Assembly: GCF_902713615.1 (NCBI RefSeq)
Contig: NW_024055475.1
Location: 124,001 to 188,000, forward strand
DNA length: 64,000 nucleotides
Reading direction: 5' to 3'
Source: Scyliorhinus canicula
Lineage: Eukaryota
Both the position numbers and the translations under genes were made by a program. This document shows, piece after piece, positions 33,675 to 47,423 of this stretch (within the stretch, counting starts at the first letter, position 1; every line of letters starts with the position of its first letter). The notes under the pieces are model-generated. The model saw nothing but the letters and a program-made list of their open reading frames with translations, was not told where the DNA came from and did not search any database.

Positions 33675-35316
33675 GGTGCCCGGTTTAAAGTTGGAAAGAA
33701 ATAAAATCATGCTTGAAATAAGTTGCAGTTCTAGTCTGATATTAAAGAGTAATCTCCAATCAGCTGCAGATTTCACGCAATGTGATTCTGATGGGCGTTT
33801 CCCAAGGTCAGGATTGGCCAGTCCCTCAGTTCTCGTGAGAGTCGGGCACCAATCGTTCTTGCTCCTGGGCTAATGAACTCCTTCAGCATTTTCGCTGCCT
33901 TGGTGTCTCTCAGCTTTCTCTTCGTGTCTGTCTCTCTCTGCTGTTCGGCTTCTCTGTCGGTATCTTGCCTCTCTTTCTCTCTCTCTGTCAGAGACACTTT
34001 CACTGTCTCGTTTTCGTTCCTTCACGTGGCATTCAAGTTCAGAGGGTAGAAAATCAAATTCATCTCAAATTCCCGTTTCAACCAATTCACGAACCACCAA
34101 GGTACAGTGAAGGGACCCGGTGCCGTGATATGGAGACAATAAGGTCGGAGAAACGAAGAGAGACAAACGAACAGATAACAACAAAAACAGAGAGAGAAAC
34201 AAAGGAACATAGTGAGAAAAAAGCATGAAGTGGATGCAGGAATTCAAAATGGGAAGAAAAATCAGACATAAATAATAATCTATTTAAATATTAAATAATT
34301 GAGAAAATGATATAATCAATTGAATATAACACAACACGTCAAAATAAATTACTTCACTGCAATTTAAACATAATTTAAAATTAATTCCTGTGTATATTAA
34401 CCTGAATTAATAATAGTAATAAAAAGGAACCCGTAACCGCTCCCGCCGCAGTCAACAGACAAATATGATGCTGGAGCTCTTTGGTGGGAGGAACTTTAAA
34501 TTACACAAGATGATAACTACAGTTCAGACGCCAGAATAAAATGAAGGCAGCAAACGTCTAATGTATGTTAAATGCATGTATGTTCAATTACAAGTTTCGG
34601 ATACCAAACTAGTAGCGTATATCCCCGTCCTCTGCACATGCCACGAACAACACAGAGACCATTTCCCTGAGTGCCACAGTAGAATCTTAATCAAACTCGA
34701 CTCCCTTCACTACCACCCCTAACAACTCCCCCTCCCCATACCCATCCCGGCAGCCAGTTCAGTTTCATTAATGACAGAGACTAAAATCAATAGAACATCT
34801 TCATCTGCATCCAGCATTTTTTATTCTTCCAGGGAACAGATTTCAGGACAATTATTGATTAAACAGTCGCAGAGGTCAAGTAGAGATCAAATTTACCGTT
34901 CTGATTTTTACCGTTCTGTTAGTGATCAGCGAAATGTACGGTTAGATTTTCAGCCTCTGCAATAAACACAAACTTGTGATTTACAAAAATAATATCAGGC
35001 CAATCAGACACAGCTCTGGAGGCGATGTTCCTGTCATGTGTTCCGCAGGAAGTGACATCAGTTAAGCTTTGACAAAGAGTCATCGGACTCGAAACGTTAG
35101 CTCTTTTCTCTCCAGCCAGATGCTGCCAGACTTGCTGAGATTTTCCAGCATTTTCCCTTTCGTTATTGGCACATCAATGATGTTTTGACGTCCTTTCCTC
35201 CACCCCCCCCCCCCCCCCCCCGCCGCCGCCCCCCACTCCGCACTTGTAAAAGAACAAGCATATTTTCTCCTTGGATTTGCGAAGTGATTTACAACTGCCG
35301 CACCGGTATGATAGTC

Positions 35317-35820
35317 ACAGAGACCGGATCCAGTGTATCAATAACAGAGGCTGCCGGGCCCGGGGTCAGACTAGGGTCTGGTATAATAATAATCACAGAG
35401 ACCGGCTCCAGTGTATCAGTAACAGGGACTGCCGGGCCCGGGGTCAGACTGGGGTCTGTTTTAATAATAATCACAGGGACCGGCTCCAGTGTATCAATAA
35501 CAGAGACTGCCGGGCCTGGGGTCAGACTGGAGTCAGGTATAATAATAATCACAGAGACCGGCTCCAGTGTATCAATAACAGAGCCTGCCGGGCCCGGGGT
35601 CAGACTGGGGTCTGGGATAATAATAATCACAGAGACCGGCTCCAGTGTATCAATAACAGAGACTGCCGGCCCGGGGTCAGACTGGGGTCTGGTATAATAA
35701 TAATCACAGACACCGGCTCCAGTGTATCAATAACACAGACTGCCGGGCCCGGGGTCAGACTGGGGTCTGGTATAATAATAATCACAGACACCGGCTCCAG
35801 TGTATCAATAACAGAGACTG
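35317..35820. repeat. 78-bp minisatellite, about 6.5 copies
   Basis: Unit ACAGAGACCGGCTCCAGTGTATCAATAACAGAGACTGCCGGGCCCGGGGTCAGACTGGGGTCTGGTATAATAATAATC. Confidence 0.95.
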
Positions 35821-36184
35821 GTGATAATCTTCGATTAAGGGAGGCAGTGGATCACATGAACAGTTGATTTTAAGAGGAAGTGAAACTATCAGAAAGCAAG
35901 GATTCTTTGGGCCCGAGCCCAGGCTTCATTATCATGCTGAGTGACAGGGATGTGTGTGGGAAAAGTGGATTGGAAACTTCATTGAGTGAGGCGCGTGTGA
36001 TTGACTCCACCGAGGATCGTTTATAGCCAATGGGAGGACAATTATGGCACCTATACTGGTGCATCTGTCGGGGACAACAAAAGCATCTGTTTCTTCTCAT
36101 TCTTACCAACAGTTCTCCATTTACACAGACACGCAAGAGCCGGTTCCGGCAGCTTATGAACCCAATATTTCTTTGGTAAATTTA

Positions 36185-36367
36185 GAGTATGCATTTATTT
36201 ATATTTAGCACGGCCAATCCACCTAACCTTCACATATTTGGGTTGTGGGGGTGAAACCCACACAGTCACGGGAAGAAGGTGCAAACTTCTCACGGACAGT
36301 GACCCAGGACCGGGATCGAACTCGGGTCTTCAGAGGCGTAGGCAGCAGTGCTAACCACTGCGCCACC
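36185..36367 (-). mobile_element. HE1-like SINE fragment
   Basis: Reverse head and body match. Confidence 0.75.
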
Positions 36368-37379
36368 CTACCGTCCCAGCTTATGGACACATATGTTTAA
36401 ATCATCAGTTTCGGACACAAAGACTAAAAGCCAAAGCCTCATCACAGGAAGAATTAGTGCCACAAATGTTAACGATAATTGTTCTTTTTCGAAACAAGTG
36501 CTATTCGAAAATGAAAAATGAAAATCACTTATTGTCACGAGTAGGCTTCAATGAAGTTACTGTGGAAAGCCCCTAGTCGCCGCATTCCGGCGCCTGCCCG
36601 GGGATCGAACCGTGCTGCTGGACTGCTTGGTAAGCCAGCGATTTAGCCCAGTGAGCTAAACCAGCCCCTATCCACTGTTACTTTGTCCAAAGTAGTGGAT
36701 TGTAAACAGCAACGAACCTCTGAAAGATTCGTGGCAATTATCTGCACACACCCAGGTTCTGCCTAAAGACAGGATTAGCACAAGAGCAAAGCTGTACAAT
36801 CATTGTATTTTATTCGGCCTCAATGAATGACAGAGGGAGATACAGAAAAGGTGCTGGGACAATGATTAGAGATGAACCATCTAACTGTTCCCTTCCCTCT
36901 CATCCTTCAGATCTTAATACTTTCAAATATTTATCCATCATTTTCCAAAGTTACTGTTAAATCTGATTCCATCATACTTTCCCGATGTGTGTTCCAGTTT
37001 ATAACAACTCGCTGTGTAAAAACAATCCTCCTGTTCAATACGGTACATCTGTGTCCTCTGGTTACAGACCCTCCTACCAGTTGTAATAGTCTCTCTTTAA
37101 TTACTAGATTTAAACCTTGATGGTTTTGTTTTAGCAGTTTAATTAAATAGACACACATAAAGATTGAGAAAGATACAGAGAGAGGAAGTGAAACTGAGCG
37201 AAGAAATTAGAAAGAGAGACACAACTGAGAAACAGTAAAAACAAATTACACCCAGAGCGGGAGAATGATACAATAGTGAAATGGAACAAGATATCATTTC
37301 CTGGCTTCAGAGAACCGGGGAAACTCAGTGACTGATCCACTGACCATCCAGTTATGTCCTGGAATGGAATCTTTGAACA

Positions 37380-37690
37380 GATCACAACAGGTTCATTTGT
37401 AAATGTCACCACAATGTGATCTGTGTGACTCTGCCCTGACTCTGTGGGCAGATATAGGCCGCACTGACAGATGGTCCCACCAGATTGTGGTCCCTAGATT
37501 TATTTTCTGCTCAGAAGTGAGATGTGCGGTTTGGAACCAGCAGCAGAGAAACAGGAAGTTGTGTTTCCTGAGAATGAAACACCAGGCGTCAGTTTCATGT
37601 TATCACCGTGAACAGTCTTCCTGCCTGTGAGGGTGAACTCACTCTGACAGCATCAAGAACACCCACACAGATTGCTGCCGCTCTCAGCAT
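37380..37690 (-). pseudogene. Highly decayed V relic
   Basis: MLRAAAICVGVLDAVR|GTGAGT, VHGD, WFQ and SAAYIC remnants; CATTGTG plus a 23-nt spacer ending CCTGT as in other RSS spacers here; nonamer lost. Confidence 0.4.
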
Positions 37691-38486
37691 TACATTCACA
37701 TCCATTCCCGTTCCCTTGTAAAAGTTATATTATTTGTTTAGAAACACAGTAACCGATCGGGAGATGAACAGATGATCTTCACTGGTCATAATACAAATAA
37801 TAATCTGGAGAGATGAAGGGAAATTAAAGCAACAATCTGTTAACAGAGGTTATACTAATGTAGAAAGTTTGAAGTCACTTGGTGTCAGAGCGAGAGAGGG
37901 GGGGGGGGAGAGGGGGAGTGAGAGGGGGGAAAGGGAGAGAAGTTAAGTGAATGATCCATTGCCTTTTTGGCACGGAATTTTCCTCTGATGACGTTTTGGT
38001 GCTTAATTATTTTCAGAAGTGCCTTCAGCAAAAAAGATTTAAACGCAAGGTGCCATTTAAACACTAGGTTCCAGACTCGGCTGCTGTGTGCCTGTGTGAG
38101 TGAGTGAAGTCTGAGAGAGAGAAGAGGGTTCAACTGATTTAGGTGCAGCCTGAGACAGAGAAAGCGAGCTGAACCGATATGTAAGTAATTTGAAAGATAT
38201 ATTTGCCTTTTCAATTGAATGGACAGCTTGATATTACTGTCTAGATAACTCAGGACAATACATTACAAGTACATATTGAGTGTAGCATAGGATGTGGAAG
38301 GTAATCTCAATAAAATGTCGTCCTGTGCTGAAACATAATTGCAATTATTGGCAACGCCATTTTGCAAACAATGAATAATGATGTGTTCCAGACTAATCGG
38401 CCCATATAGACACACAGGCGCGTACATAGACACACCTATCCACACACAGATACGCACACACACACACACACACGTACAGACATATA

Positions 38487-38662
38487 GGGGCTGGTTTAGC
38501 TCACTGAGCTAAATCGCTGGCTTTTCCAGCAGGCCAGCAGCACGGTTCGATTCCCATACCAGCCTCCCCAGACAGGCGCCGGAATGTGGCGACTAGGGGC
38601 TTTTCACAGTAACTTCATTGAAGCCTACTCGTGACAATAAGCGATTTTCAGTTTTCATTTCA
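38487..38662 (+). mobile_element. Second tRNA-derived SINE family; minus-strand copies at about 2186-2333, 26631-26804, 36510-36669, 40512-40675, 48779-48966, 55965-56109
   Basis: GGGGCTGGTTTAGCTCA head, GGTTCGATTCCC B box, (TTTCA)n tail. Confidence 0.85.
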
Positions 38663-39189
38663 TTCCATACACACACAGTTTCAGACTCTGTCTCTCACAA
38701 TCAGTGGCCACACCAAAAGCAAACAGAAATCCATTCAGCAAAAAGGGTGAAAGACAATTCGGACCATGAAAGGAAACAGCGGGTAATTGCCACAGATGAA
38801 CACAAGGCTGAATTAGCCATCTCCAACACAATGGAGTGTGTGACAGTGTTGTGCAATGTGAAGTTCAATATGGCTCCTGTGTTTCTGTTCCTCAGCCTGG
38901 TGATGAAGTGAATATCTCAAGATTCGCTCCAACCTTTCAGCAAAATATTACACACCCATTACCAGACCAATCACACAACACCAAATAGTTATTCATTATG
39001 CTTTTGTAAGTGAATTAAGTCTGAGAGAGAACAGAGATATTAATTAATCGATGTGTAGTCTGAAACAAAGAGATGAGAACAGATCGGCAGGAGTTTTAAA
39101 GATGTATTTGCCTTTGCAACGAACTTCCATAACAGCTAATACTGATTGATACGACAAAATGTATTCTTCCAAACACAAGTGAGTGTCAC

Positions 39190-39520
39190 AAGGCAGTGGT
39201 GCAGTGGTATTGTCGCTGGATTAGTAATCCAGAGACCCAGAGTCAAGTTCTGGGGACCCGGGCTCCCACCACGGCAGGTGGTGAAATTTGAATCAAAAAA
39301 ACTCTGGAATTAAAAGTTTAATGATGACCATGAAACCATTGTTCTGTCTAATCAAAACCCATCTGGTTCACTGACGTCCTTCAGGGAAGGACACCTGTCG
39401 CCCTTAACTAGTCTGGCCTACATATGACTCCAGATGACTCCACAGCAATGTGATTGACTCTTAAATGCCCTCAGGGATGGCTAAGAACTGCAGGATCAGC
39501 CAGCGACATCCACATCCCAT
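39190..39520 (+). mobile_element. DeuSINE-like (SacSINE1-like) element; second copy near 62020-62360
   Basis: tRNA-like head plus CCATCTGGTTCACT...GGGAAGGA...GTCTGGCCTACAT..GACTCCAG core. Confidence 0.6.
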
Positions 39521-39564
39521 GAACGAACAAAAATCAGTTAGTATATTCAAAATAAAATTCCACA

Positions 39565-39566
39565 TT

Positions 39567-39615
<49 letters not shown>

Positions 39616-39677
39616 TATCTATCTATCTTACTTTCTCTATCTATCTATCTTTCATATATTTATCTATCTATCCATCA

Positions 39678-39713
<36 letters not shown>

Positions 39714-39716
39714 GTG
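39565..39716. repeat. Compound microsatellite (TTTC)n/(TATC)n
   Basis: Visible tetranucleotide runs. Confidence 0.95.
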
Positions 39717-41228
39717 TATCTTTTAGACAACCTTTATTTTTTTCATTCAATTGCGCGATATGGCGCCACTGATTGGTCAGCAATTATGGCCCATTCCAAG
39801 TTGGCATTCAGAAGGTGGTGGTGAGCTGCCACCTTGAAACGCTGCAGTCCCTGATATGCAGTTACACCCATACTGTATTAGCGAGAGAAATCCAGTATTT
39901 TCACCCAGCCACGGTGAAGGAACGGCGATATGTTTCCAAGTCAAAGTGTTGAGTGACTTGGAGAGGAATCTCCAGTTGGTGGTGTTCCAAAGTATCTGCT
40001 GCTCTGGTCCGTGTTGATGGTTGTAGCCGTGGGTCTGGTAGGTGCTGAATATAAAACCTTCATTAGTTCCAACAGTAAATCCTGCAGATGGCAACAATCA
40101 AGCGACTGATTTGTCCTGGATGGTGTAAAGCTTCTTGAGATTTGTTGAAGCTACACTCCAGACAAGTGGAGCTTGTATTCCATTACACTTCAGACTTTTG
40201 CCTGGAAGATGGTGGACAGGCTTTGGGCAATCGGGCTGTGAGTTACTCGCCACAGGATCTCTATCCTTTGAACTGCTCTGGCAGCCACAGCATTCGTCTG
40301 GCTTGTCCAGTTCAGTTTCCGGCCAATGACAACCCCCAGGATGTTGATTGTGCCGTAATCAATGAAAATACATCTGTTGCATTATTCTGTGGGGGAAGAC
40401 TTCAGCCGCGAATGAAACAGAGTTTCATTCATACATCACTTAATTAATCAGCACATAATGTAATATTAACAGATATAAGGTCTAATGCAATGATTAAAAA
40501 AGAGCCAATTGAAATGAAATGAAAAAATGAAATAAAAATCGCTTATTGTCACGAGTAGGCTCCAATGAAGTTACTGTGAAAAGCCCCTAGTCGCCACATT
40601 CCGGCGCCTGTCTGGGGAGGCTGCTGGCCTGCTTTAAAAGCCAGCGATTTAGCCAAGTGAGCTAAACCAGCCCCTATTGCAGTAGAGAGATGTGATTCTC
40701 AGTGCATTTCTGAATGTGACTGCACCTATTTGTTAAAACAGTAAACAGTCTCGTGCAGTCATACCTGAGAAAGGGTGAATTGTGGTATGTATAGAAACAT
40801 GGTCCTTCTTATTCAAATGTCTAAATGCAGAGAGCATTATATACACAGATACAATGCCGAGGGAAAGATAAAACGGAACATGGTCCTGTTCAATCATTCC
40901 AGAGACAAGTCCCAGGGTAATAATACTTGTTACACGGTTAAGAACAGTGATAACTGAAGCAGGGATAAATGTAATACTACGAAACACAATGTGCAGTAAA
41001 ATATTAATAAACACATCGTCTAACTACAAGTAAAAACTCAACTAAAGTAACTTATAGATGCCACAGAAGAATGATCTAATGTATTAATAACTGGAATAAT
41101 ATCGAAAGATATAAACACTGAGAGAGTCTAATTGAGAGAGAACTGAGAAAGGACCTATTTTATTTTAAACAGAGATGTGGAGGAGTGCGGTAATAAATGA
41201 GATGTAACCCATTGCACGATTAATATTG

Positions 41229-42807
41229 TAAGAAATCTTACAACACCAGGTTAAAGTCCAACAGGTTTGTTTCAAACACTAGCTTTCGGAGAACTGCTCC
41301 TTCCTCAGGTGAATGAAGAGGTAGGTTCTAGAAACATATGTATAGACAAATTCAAAGATGCAAGATAATGCTTAGAATGCGAGCATTTGCAGGTAATTAA
41401 GTCTTTACAGATCCGGCGTTAGGGGTAGCCCCAGGATAAAGAGGTGTGAATTATCTCAAGCCCAGACAGTTGGTAGGATTTCGCAAGCCCAGGCCACACG
41501 GTGGGGGATGAATATAATGCAACATGAATCCCAGGTCCCGATTGCGGCCGTACCCATGTGTGCGGAACTTGTCTATAAGTTTCAGCTCGGCGATTCTGCG
41601 TTATCGCGTGTCCTGAAGGTCTCCTTGAAGAACGCTTACCCGGGGATCAGAGGCTGAATACCCTTGACTGCTAAAGTGTTCCCCGACTGGTAGGGAACAT
41701 TCCTGCCTGGTGATTGTTGTGCACTGTCCATTCATTCGTTGTTGCAGCGTCTGCATGGTCTCGCCAATGTACCACGCTTCAGGACATCCTTTCCAGCAGG
41801 GTATGAGGTAGACGACATTTGCCGAGTCACACGAGTATGTACCCCATACATGGTGGGTGGTGTTCTCTCGTGTAGTGGTGGTATCGATGTCGATCATCTG
41901 GCACATCTTGCAGAGATTGCCCTGGTTGTGTGGTGCCATGGTCGCTGTTCTCCTGAAGGCTGGGTAGTTTGCTGCAAACAATGGTCTGTTTGAGGTTGCG
42001 CAGTTGTTTGAGGGCAAGTAGTGGGGATGTGGGGATGACCTTGGCAAGATGCTCATCTTCATCGATGACGTGTTGAAGGCTGTGAAGAAGATGTCGTAGT
42101 TTCTCCACTCTGGGAAAGTACTGGACGACGAAGGGTACTCTGTCGTTTGAGTCCCATAGTTGTCTTCTGAGGAGGTCGGTGCGTTTCTTTGCTGTGGCGT
42201 GTTGGAACTGTCGATTGATGAGTCGAGCGCCATACCCATTTGGACGAGGGCATCTTACAGCGTCTGTAGATGTCTGTTACGCTCCTCCTTGTCTGAGCAG
42301 ATCCTGTGTATATGGAGGGCTTGTCCATCGGGGATGGCTTCCTTAATGTGTTTAGGGTGGAAGTGGAGAAGTGGAGCATTGTGAGGTGACCCGCAACAAG
42401 GCAGAATCACCGAGCAGAAACCTATAGCCAAGTTCCGCACACATGAGTACAGCCTCAACCGGGGCCTGGGATTCATGTCGCATTACATTCATCCCCCACC
42501 ATCTGGCTTGGCTTGCAAAAACCTACCAAGTGTCCTGGCTAAAGACAATTCACCCCTTTTTAACCTGGGGTTACCCCTAACTCTGGACCTGTAAAGACTT
42601 AATTACCTGCAAATGCTCGCATTCTAAGCATTGTTTGCATCTTTGAAGTTGCCGATATATATCTTTCTGGAACATACCTCTTCATTCACCTGAGGAAGGA
42701 GCAGTGCTCTGAAAGCTAGTGTTTGAAGCAAACCTGTTGGACTTTAACCTATTGTTGTAAGACTTCTTCCTGAGCTCACCCCTGTCCAACAACAGGCAGC
42801 TCCACAT
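41229..42807 (-). mobile_element. Penelope-like element, 5'-truncated, GIY-YIG endonuclease, inverted terminal repeats
   Basis: ANVVYLIPCWKGCPEAWYIGET (GIY-YIG) in 41601..42239-; RT C-terminal remnants; tail-to-tail termini; 14-bp TSD CACGATTAATATTG at 41215-41228 and 42808-42821. Confidence 0.88.
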
Positions 42808-42964
42808 CACGATTAATATTGGTATTGTCCCGCACATTAATAACTAAAACAGAGAGAAGCGCATCATTTACAGGTACATAAACTGACATTAAATAAACAG
42901 AGCCAGCGGTGTCCCGGAATGACTAAAACAGGGCCTCGATTAATACAAGTGGAGACAGTGCAGT

Positions 42965-43167
42965 GCAGTGGAAACCGAGAATTTCCTCCCACAGTCCAAA
43001 GATGCGCAGGTTAGGTGGATTGGCCATTCTAAAAGATTTCCCCTGAGTGTGCAAAGGGTAGGGGGATAGGGTGGAGGAGTGGTCCTCAGTGGGGTGCCTT
43101 TTTGGAGGGCGGGTGCAGACTCGATGGGCCGACTGGCCTCCTTCTGCACTGTCGGGATTCTATGATA
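42965..43167 (+). mobile_element. HE1-like SINE 3' half
   Basis: Body and tail match. Confidence 0.75.
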
Positions 43168-43289
43168 CTTTGAAAAGACCGGTATTCACAATAACTGGTG
43201 CAGGGTTCTAATGCAGGGGTTACTGTTACAGGGTAAATATTCATAATAACGGAGACAAGGTGGTGTGCAGCAATGATTAATGGAGGGGA

Positions 43290-43600
43290 GTCCAGAATCA
43301 GGGACACAGTCTAAGGATATAGATGTGGAGAAATGTATTGACCTAGAGTGGTGAATCTGTGGAATTCTCTACCACACAAAACAGTTGAGGCCACAACTTT
43401 GTATGTTTACTGGAAGGAATTATATATGGTTCTTGTGGCTATAGGGATCATAGGATATGGAGGGAAAGCGAGAAGAGTCTATAGAGTCTGGATGATCAGC
43501 CACGATCACAATGAATGGAAGAGCAAGTTCAAGGGGCCGAACGGCCTACTCCTTCACCTATTGTCTATGCTTCTATACTTCTATGTGTCTATGTAATGCA
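43290..43600 (+). mobile_element. CR1 LINE 3' fragment
   Basis: VVNLWNSLP motif and typical CR1 3' UTR. Confidence 0.8.
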
Positions 43601-43609
43601 ACAAAGCCT

Positions 43610-43930
43610 AAGTTAGACATAAACTGAAACAGGGTCTAGTACAGTAGTTCCTGATACAGGGTCTAGATTAATATAAACTGAGACAAGACCGAGTGCAGTG
43701 ATTTCTGATGGGGGGTGTCTTCAGTAATATAAATTTAGACAGGATTCAAGAGCACTAATTGCTGATAGAGCGTCGAGATTAATATAAAGTGAGACAGATT
43801 CTAGTACCGTAATTATTGATGGAGGATCTAGATTAGCGAAAACTGAGATAACATCTAATGCAGTGATTACTGATTCAGGGTATACATTCGTACAAAACGT
43901 GACAGGGTCGATTGCAGGGTCGGCCCAAGA
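43610..43930. repeat. Diverged about 52-bp tandem repeat array (related array at about 48975-49170)
   Basis: Recurring CAGTGATTACTGATACAGGGTCTAGATTAATATAAACTGAGACA variants. Confidence 0.65.
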
Positions 43931-44819
43931 TTCACCGTTACACGGTTGAGATTATATACATTAAGACACATGTCCGTTTTTTTCTGAGTGTTTGTGCGTG
44001 TGTGTGGACATTTTCACACCAAACCCCTGCACAAATAATTCCTGTTTCATACCGATTAATGGGATGGAGTATCAGGAACTTAACTCTCCACATGCCCTGC
44101 GTTTTTCCTGCTCTGCAAGTATCTGATGGTACGGTAAATTTACTCTGTTCCTCACATGTGTTTTACCTGTCCTTCACATGTTAGTTGGCGGATGTTGTGG
44201 AGGGGGCTTTGCTCTGTACTGTACCTGTCCTTCGAGTATTTGAGGGGAGATTGTTAAGGGAAGTTTACTCAGTAACTAAATGTTTACTGTTGGGGCCCTG
44301 GGAGTGTATAATGGGACAGGTTTCAGGAAGCTTTCGTCTTTATCTGATCCTGTGATGCATTTGGCCTGAGAGTGTTTGCTGGTTCAGTGTGCAGGAAGCT
44401 TTGCTCTGTATGCAACCCCGTACTGTACCTGACCTGCGAGAATTAGATGGAATAGTTTAGACAAGCAGAGCGTTACTGAAGCTGTCCTTGGAATTCTGAT
44501 GGGACTCGAGGAATGGAAAGGTCTGGGACAAATATCTTAATGTCTGTGTCATATATGAAAAGTGGGGAAAATTGATGCTCAGGTGATTAAAGGGGCAGGA
44601 GCAGAATGTGTACAACAGTGACTAAGGGACAGTTCTTAACAATTGTTTCAGATTGGGTGGGGTACAGTGTTATTCTCCAGTGGGTAATATTAGCAGCACT
44701 GCTTTTTCTGTTATATATTAATAGACAGGGTCCGGGACTCGGGTTCACATGATATCAATTGAAATGTTTCATTTGTCTCCCAAATTGACAATGTAGTAAA
44801 CAGGGAAGAGGATTACATA

Positions 44820-45285
44820 CATAGATATGTAGAAGTTCGGAGAAGGAGGAGGCCTTTTGGCCCTTCGAGCCTGCTCCGCCATTTGTCACGATCATGGCTG
44901 ATCATCCAACTCAATATCCTAATCCTGCTTTCTCCCCACAGCCTTTGATCCCATTCGCCCCAAGTGCTATATATAGCCGCCTCTTGAACATATTCAATGT
45001 TTTAGAATCAACTATTTCCGGTGCTAATAAATTCCACAGGCTCACCACTCTTTGGGTGACGAAATGTCTCCTTATCTTTGTCCGAAATGAATCCTGAATC
45101 TTCAGGCAGTGACCCCTGGTTCTGGACACACCCATCATCGGGAACATCTTCCCTGCATCTACACTGTCTCGTCCTGCGGGAGTTTTATAAGTCTCTATGA
45201 GCTTCCCACTCATTCTTCTGAACTCCATCGAGAACATTCCTAACGTAGTCAATCTCTCCTCATATGACAGTCCCACCGTCCCTGG
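44820..45285 (-). mobile_element. CR1 LINE 3' fragment
   Basis: LSYEERL...TRGHCLKI...QRVVSLWN. Confidence 0.85.
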
Positions 45286-45419
45286 TGTTGTAACAAGGAT
45301 GCGTCCAGCCTAGGCTGCAACAGGTCACTGGCTTTTTCATGTTCACAGGTAGATAGGTGGCAGATAAAATTCAATGCTGAGAAGTGATGCTTTAAAACGA
45401 AATATTGGGGGGAGGGGGG

Positions 45420-47270
45420 TCGGTTGTATGAAAAATTAGAAAACCAAAGTTAAAAGAGAAGGTGAGAGTGTAGGTTAGTGATCAGGACATTAACCGAGTG
45501 AAACGGGCCGAGGGCTTAGGGGAGGTTAGTAAAGTTTCCTGAACACATGCTAGAGTAGGGAGTATGGATAGAGGTGTGTATGCAACTTCAGGCACAGCAG
45601 AAAAAGGGACAACGATGAGAAGGGATGGTCAACGCAGAACTGAGGGTGTTGTACCTAAATGTGGGCAGTATACGGAACAAGGTAAATGAACTCATTGCAC
45701 ATATTGAAATTGGCATGCGTGGACAAAGGGGGCGGGGTTGCATTGCGAGTAAGGAATGAAATTAACTCGATAGCAAGAAGCAATTTAGTGTCCGAAAGTG
45801 TAGAATCCCTGTGGGCAGAGTTGACGAATCTCAAAGGAAAAAAGACCCTGATGAGAGGTACGTACAGCCCCCTAGCCGTAGTCAGAATGTGGGGCACAAT
45901 ATCAATCAGCAGATTGAAAAGGCACATAAGAGAGGAAATATTATAATAATCATGGGGGACTTCAATATGGAGGAGGACAGGGAAAGTCAGGTTGGTAGCA
46001 GATCCCAAGAAAAGGAATTTTGTGAAATACTGACGAGATACACGGGAAGAGCTGGCCAGATTTGATTGGACAGGGAGCTGAGCAGGGAAGACAGTGGAAC
46101 AGCAGTGGCAGGACGTTTTGGGGATTATTCGCGAGGCACTGCATAAATTAATCCCAAAGAGGAGAAACCATGCTGAGGGGAGGACAGGGCATCCATGGTT
46201 GACAAGGGAAGTCAAGGACAGCATAAAAGCAAAGGATGCAATGTGGAGAAGATTACTGGGATGCCAGAGGATACGGAAGCCTTTAAAGGCTGATGTAATG
46301 TAAAAGCTAATAAAGATTTTATTATTACCTTTGAACTGAGGGCACTGATGCTACGTTTTCAGATGATGCTCAGATACGTAGAGGGACAGGTTGTGCTGAG
46401 GAAGCAGAGAGGCTGCAGAAAGACTTGGTCAGGCTAAGAGAGTGTGCAAAGCAGTGGAAGATGGAATACAATGTAGAAAAGTGTAAAGTTCTGCATTTTG
46501 GAGGAAACATAGAGTATTTTCTAATTGGAGTAGGGCTTAGGAAATCAGAAGCTCAAATGCACTTAGGAATTCTAGTTGACGATTCTCTTAAGGTTAACAT
46601 GCAAGTTCAGTTGGCAGCTGGGAAGACAAATACAATGTTAGCATTCATGTCGCGAGGGCTAGATTACAAGAGCAGGGATGTAACTGTTGCGGCTCTATAA
46701 GACTCTGGTCAGACCCCATTTGGAATATTGTGAGCAGTTTTGGTCGTCTTATCTAAGACACAACGTGCTGGCCTTGGAGAAGCTCCAGAGGAGATTCACA
46801 AGACTGATCCTCGGAATGACGGACTTGTCATATGAGGAGCGGTTGAGGACTCTGGGTCTGTGCTGGATAGAATTTAGAAGGATGAGGCGTCGTGAGCGGA
46901 GTGGGCCACGGGGCGGTGTGTGGGAGTGGGGTCACATTGAAACTTTCAGAATAGTGAGAGGCCTAGTAGGTGAAACGAGAACCCGAGGGCACAGCTTCAG
47001 ATTTAAGGGACAATCCTTCACAACTGAGAAGAGGATAACTTTATTCAACCACGGGGTCTTGAATCTGTGGAACTCATTCCCGCAGAAGGCTGTGGAGGCC
47101 AAATCACTGAGTGCCTATAAGATAGAGGCAGACAGGTTATTGATTAATAAGGGGATCAGGGATTATGGGGAGAAGGCGAGAGAATGAGGATTAGAAACAT
47201 AACAGTCATGATTCAATGTGGAGCAGACTCGATGGACTAAAAGGCCGGGTTCTGCTTCGATGTTTTATGA
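45420..47270 (+). mobile_element. Degenerate, internally deleted CR1 LINE
   Basis: APE, RT and C-terminal motifs in several broken frames. Confidence 0.85.
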
Positions 47271-47423
47271 TTTTATGGCAGGAAGACAATCTATGGACGA
47301 TATTAGAATAGATAGGTGCTTGATTGTCGCCGCAGAAATGATCGGTGGAAGGGCATCTTTCTATACTGTAAAGCTCTCAGGCTCCATGACCCTATGGCAG
47401 AGTCTAAAGCAATGATCACTAAT

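Noticed and set aside
35317-35820. CRISPR-like repeat array
   Set aside because: Units are contiguous with no unique spacers, and the DNA is eukaryotic
35185-35867. 170-aa and 198-aa repetitive ORFs
   Set aside because: Products of the 78-bp minisatellite; no splice or start context
36030-36120. LYWCICRGQQKHLFLLI, resembling V framework 2
   Set aside because: No flanking cysteines, acceptor or RSS; probably chance
38487-38560. tRNA genes suggested by A/B boxes in SINE heads
   Set aside because: Heads continue into multi-copy SINE bodies and do not fold as full cloverleaves
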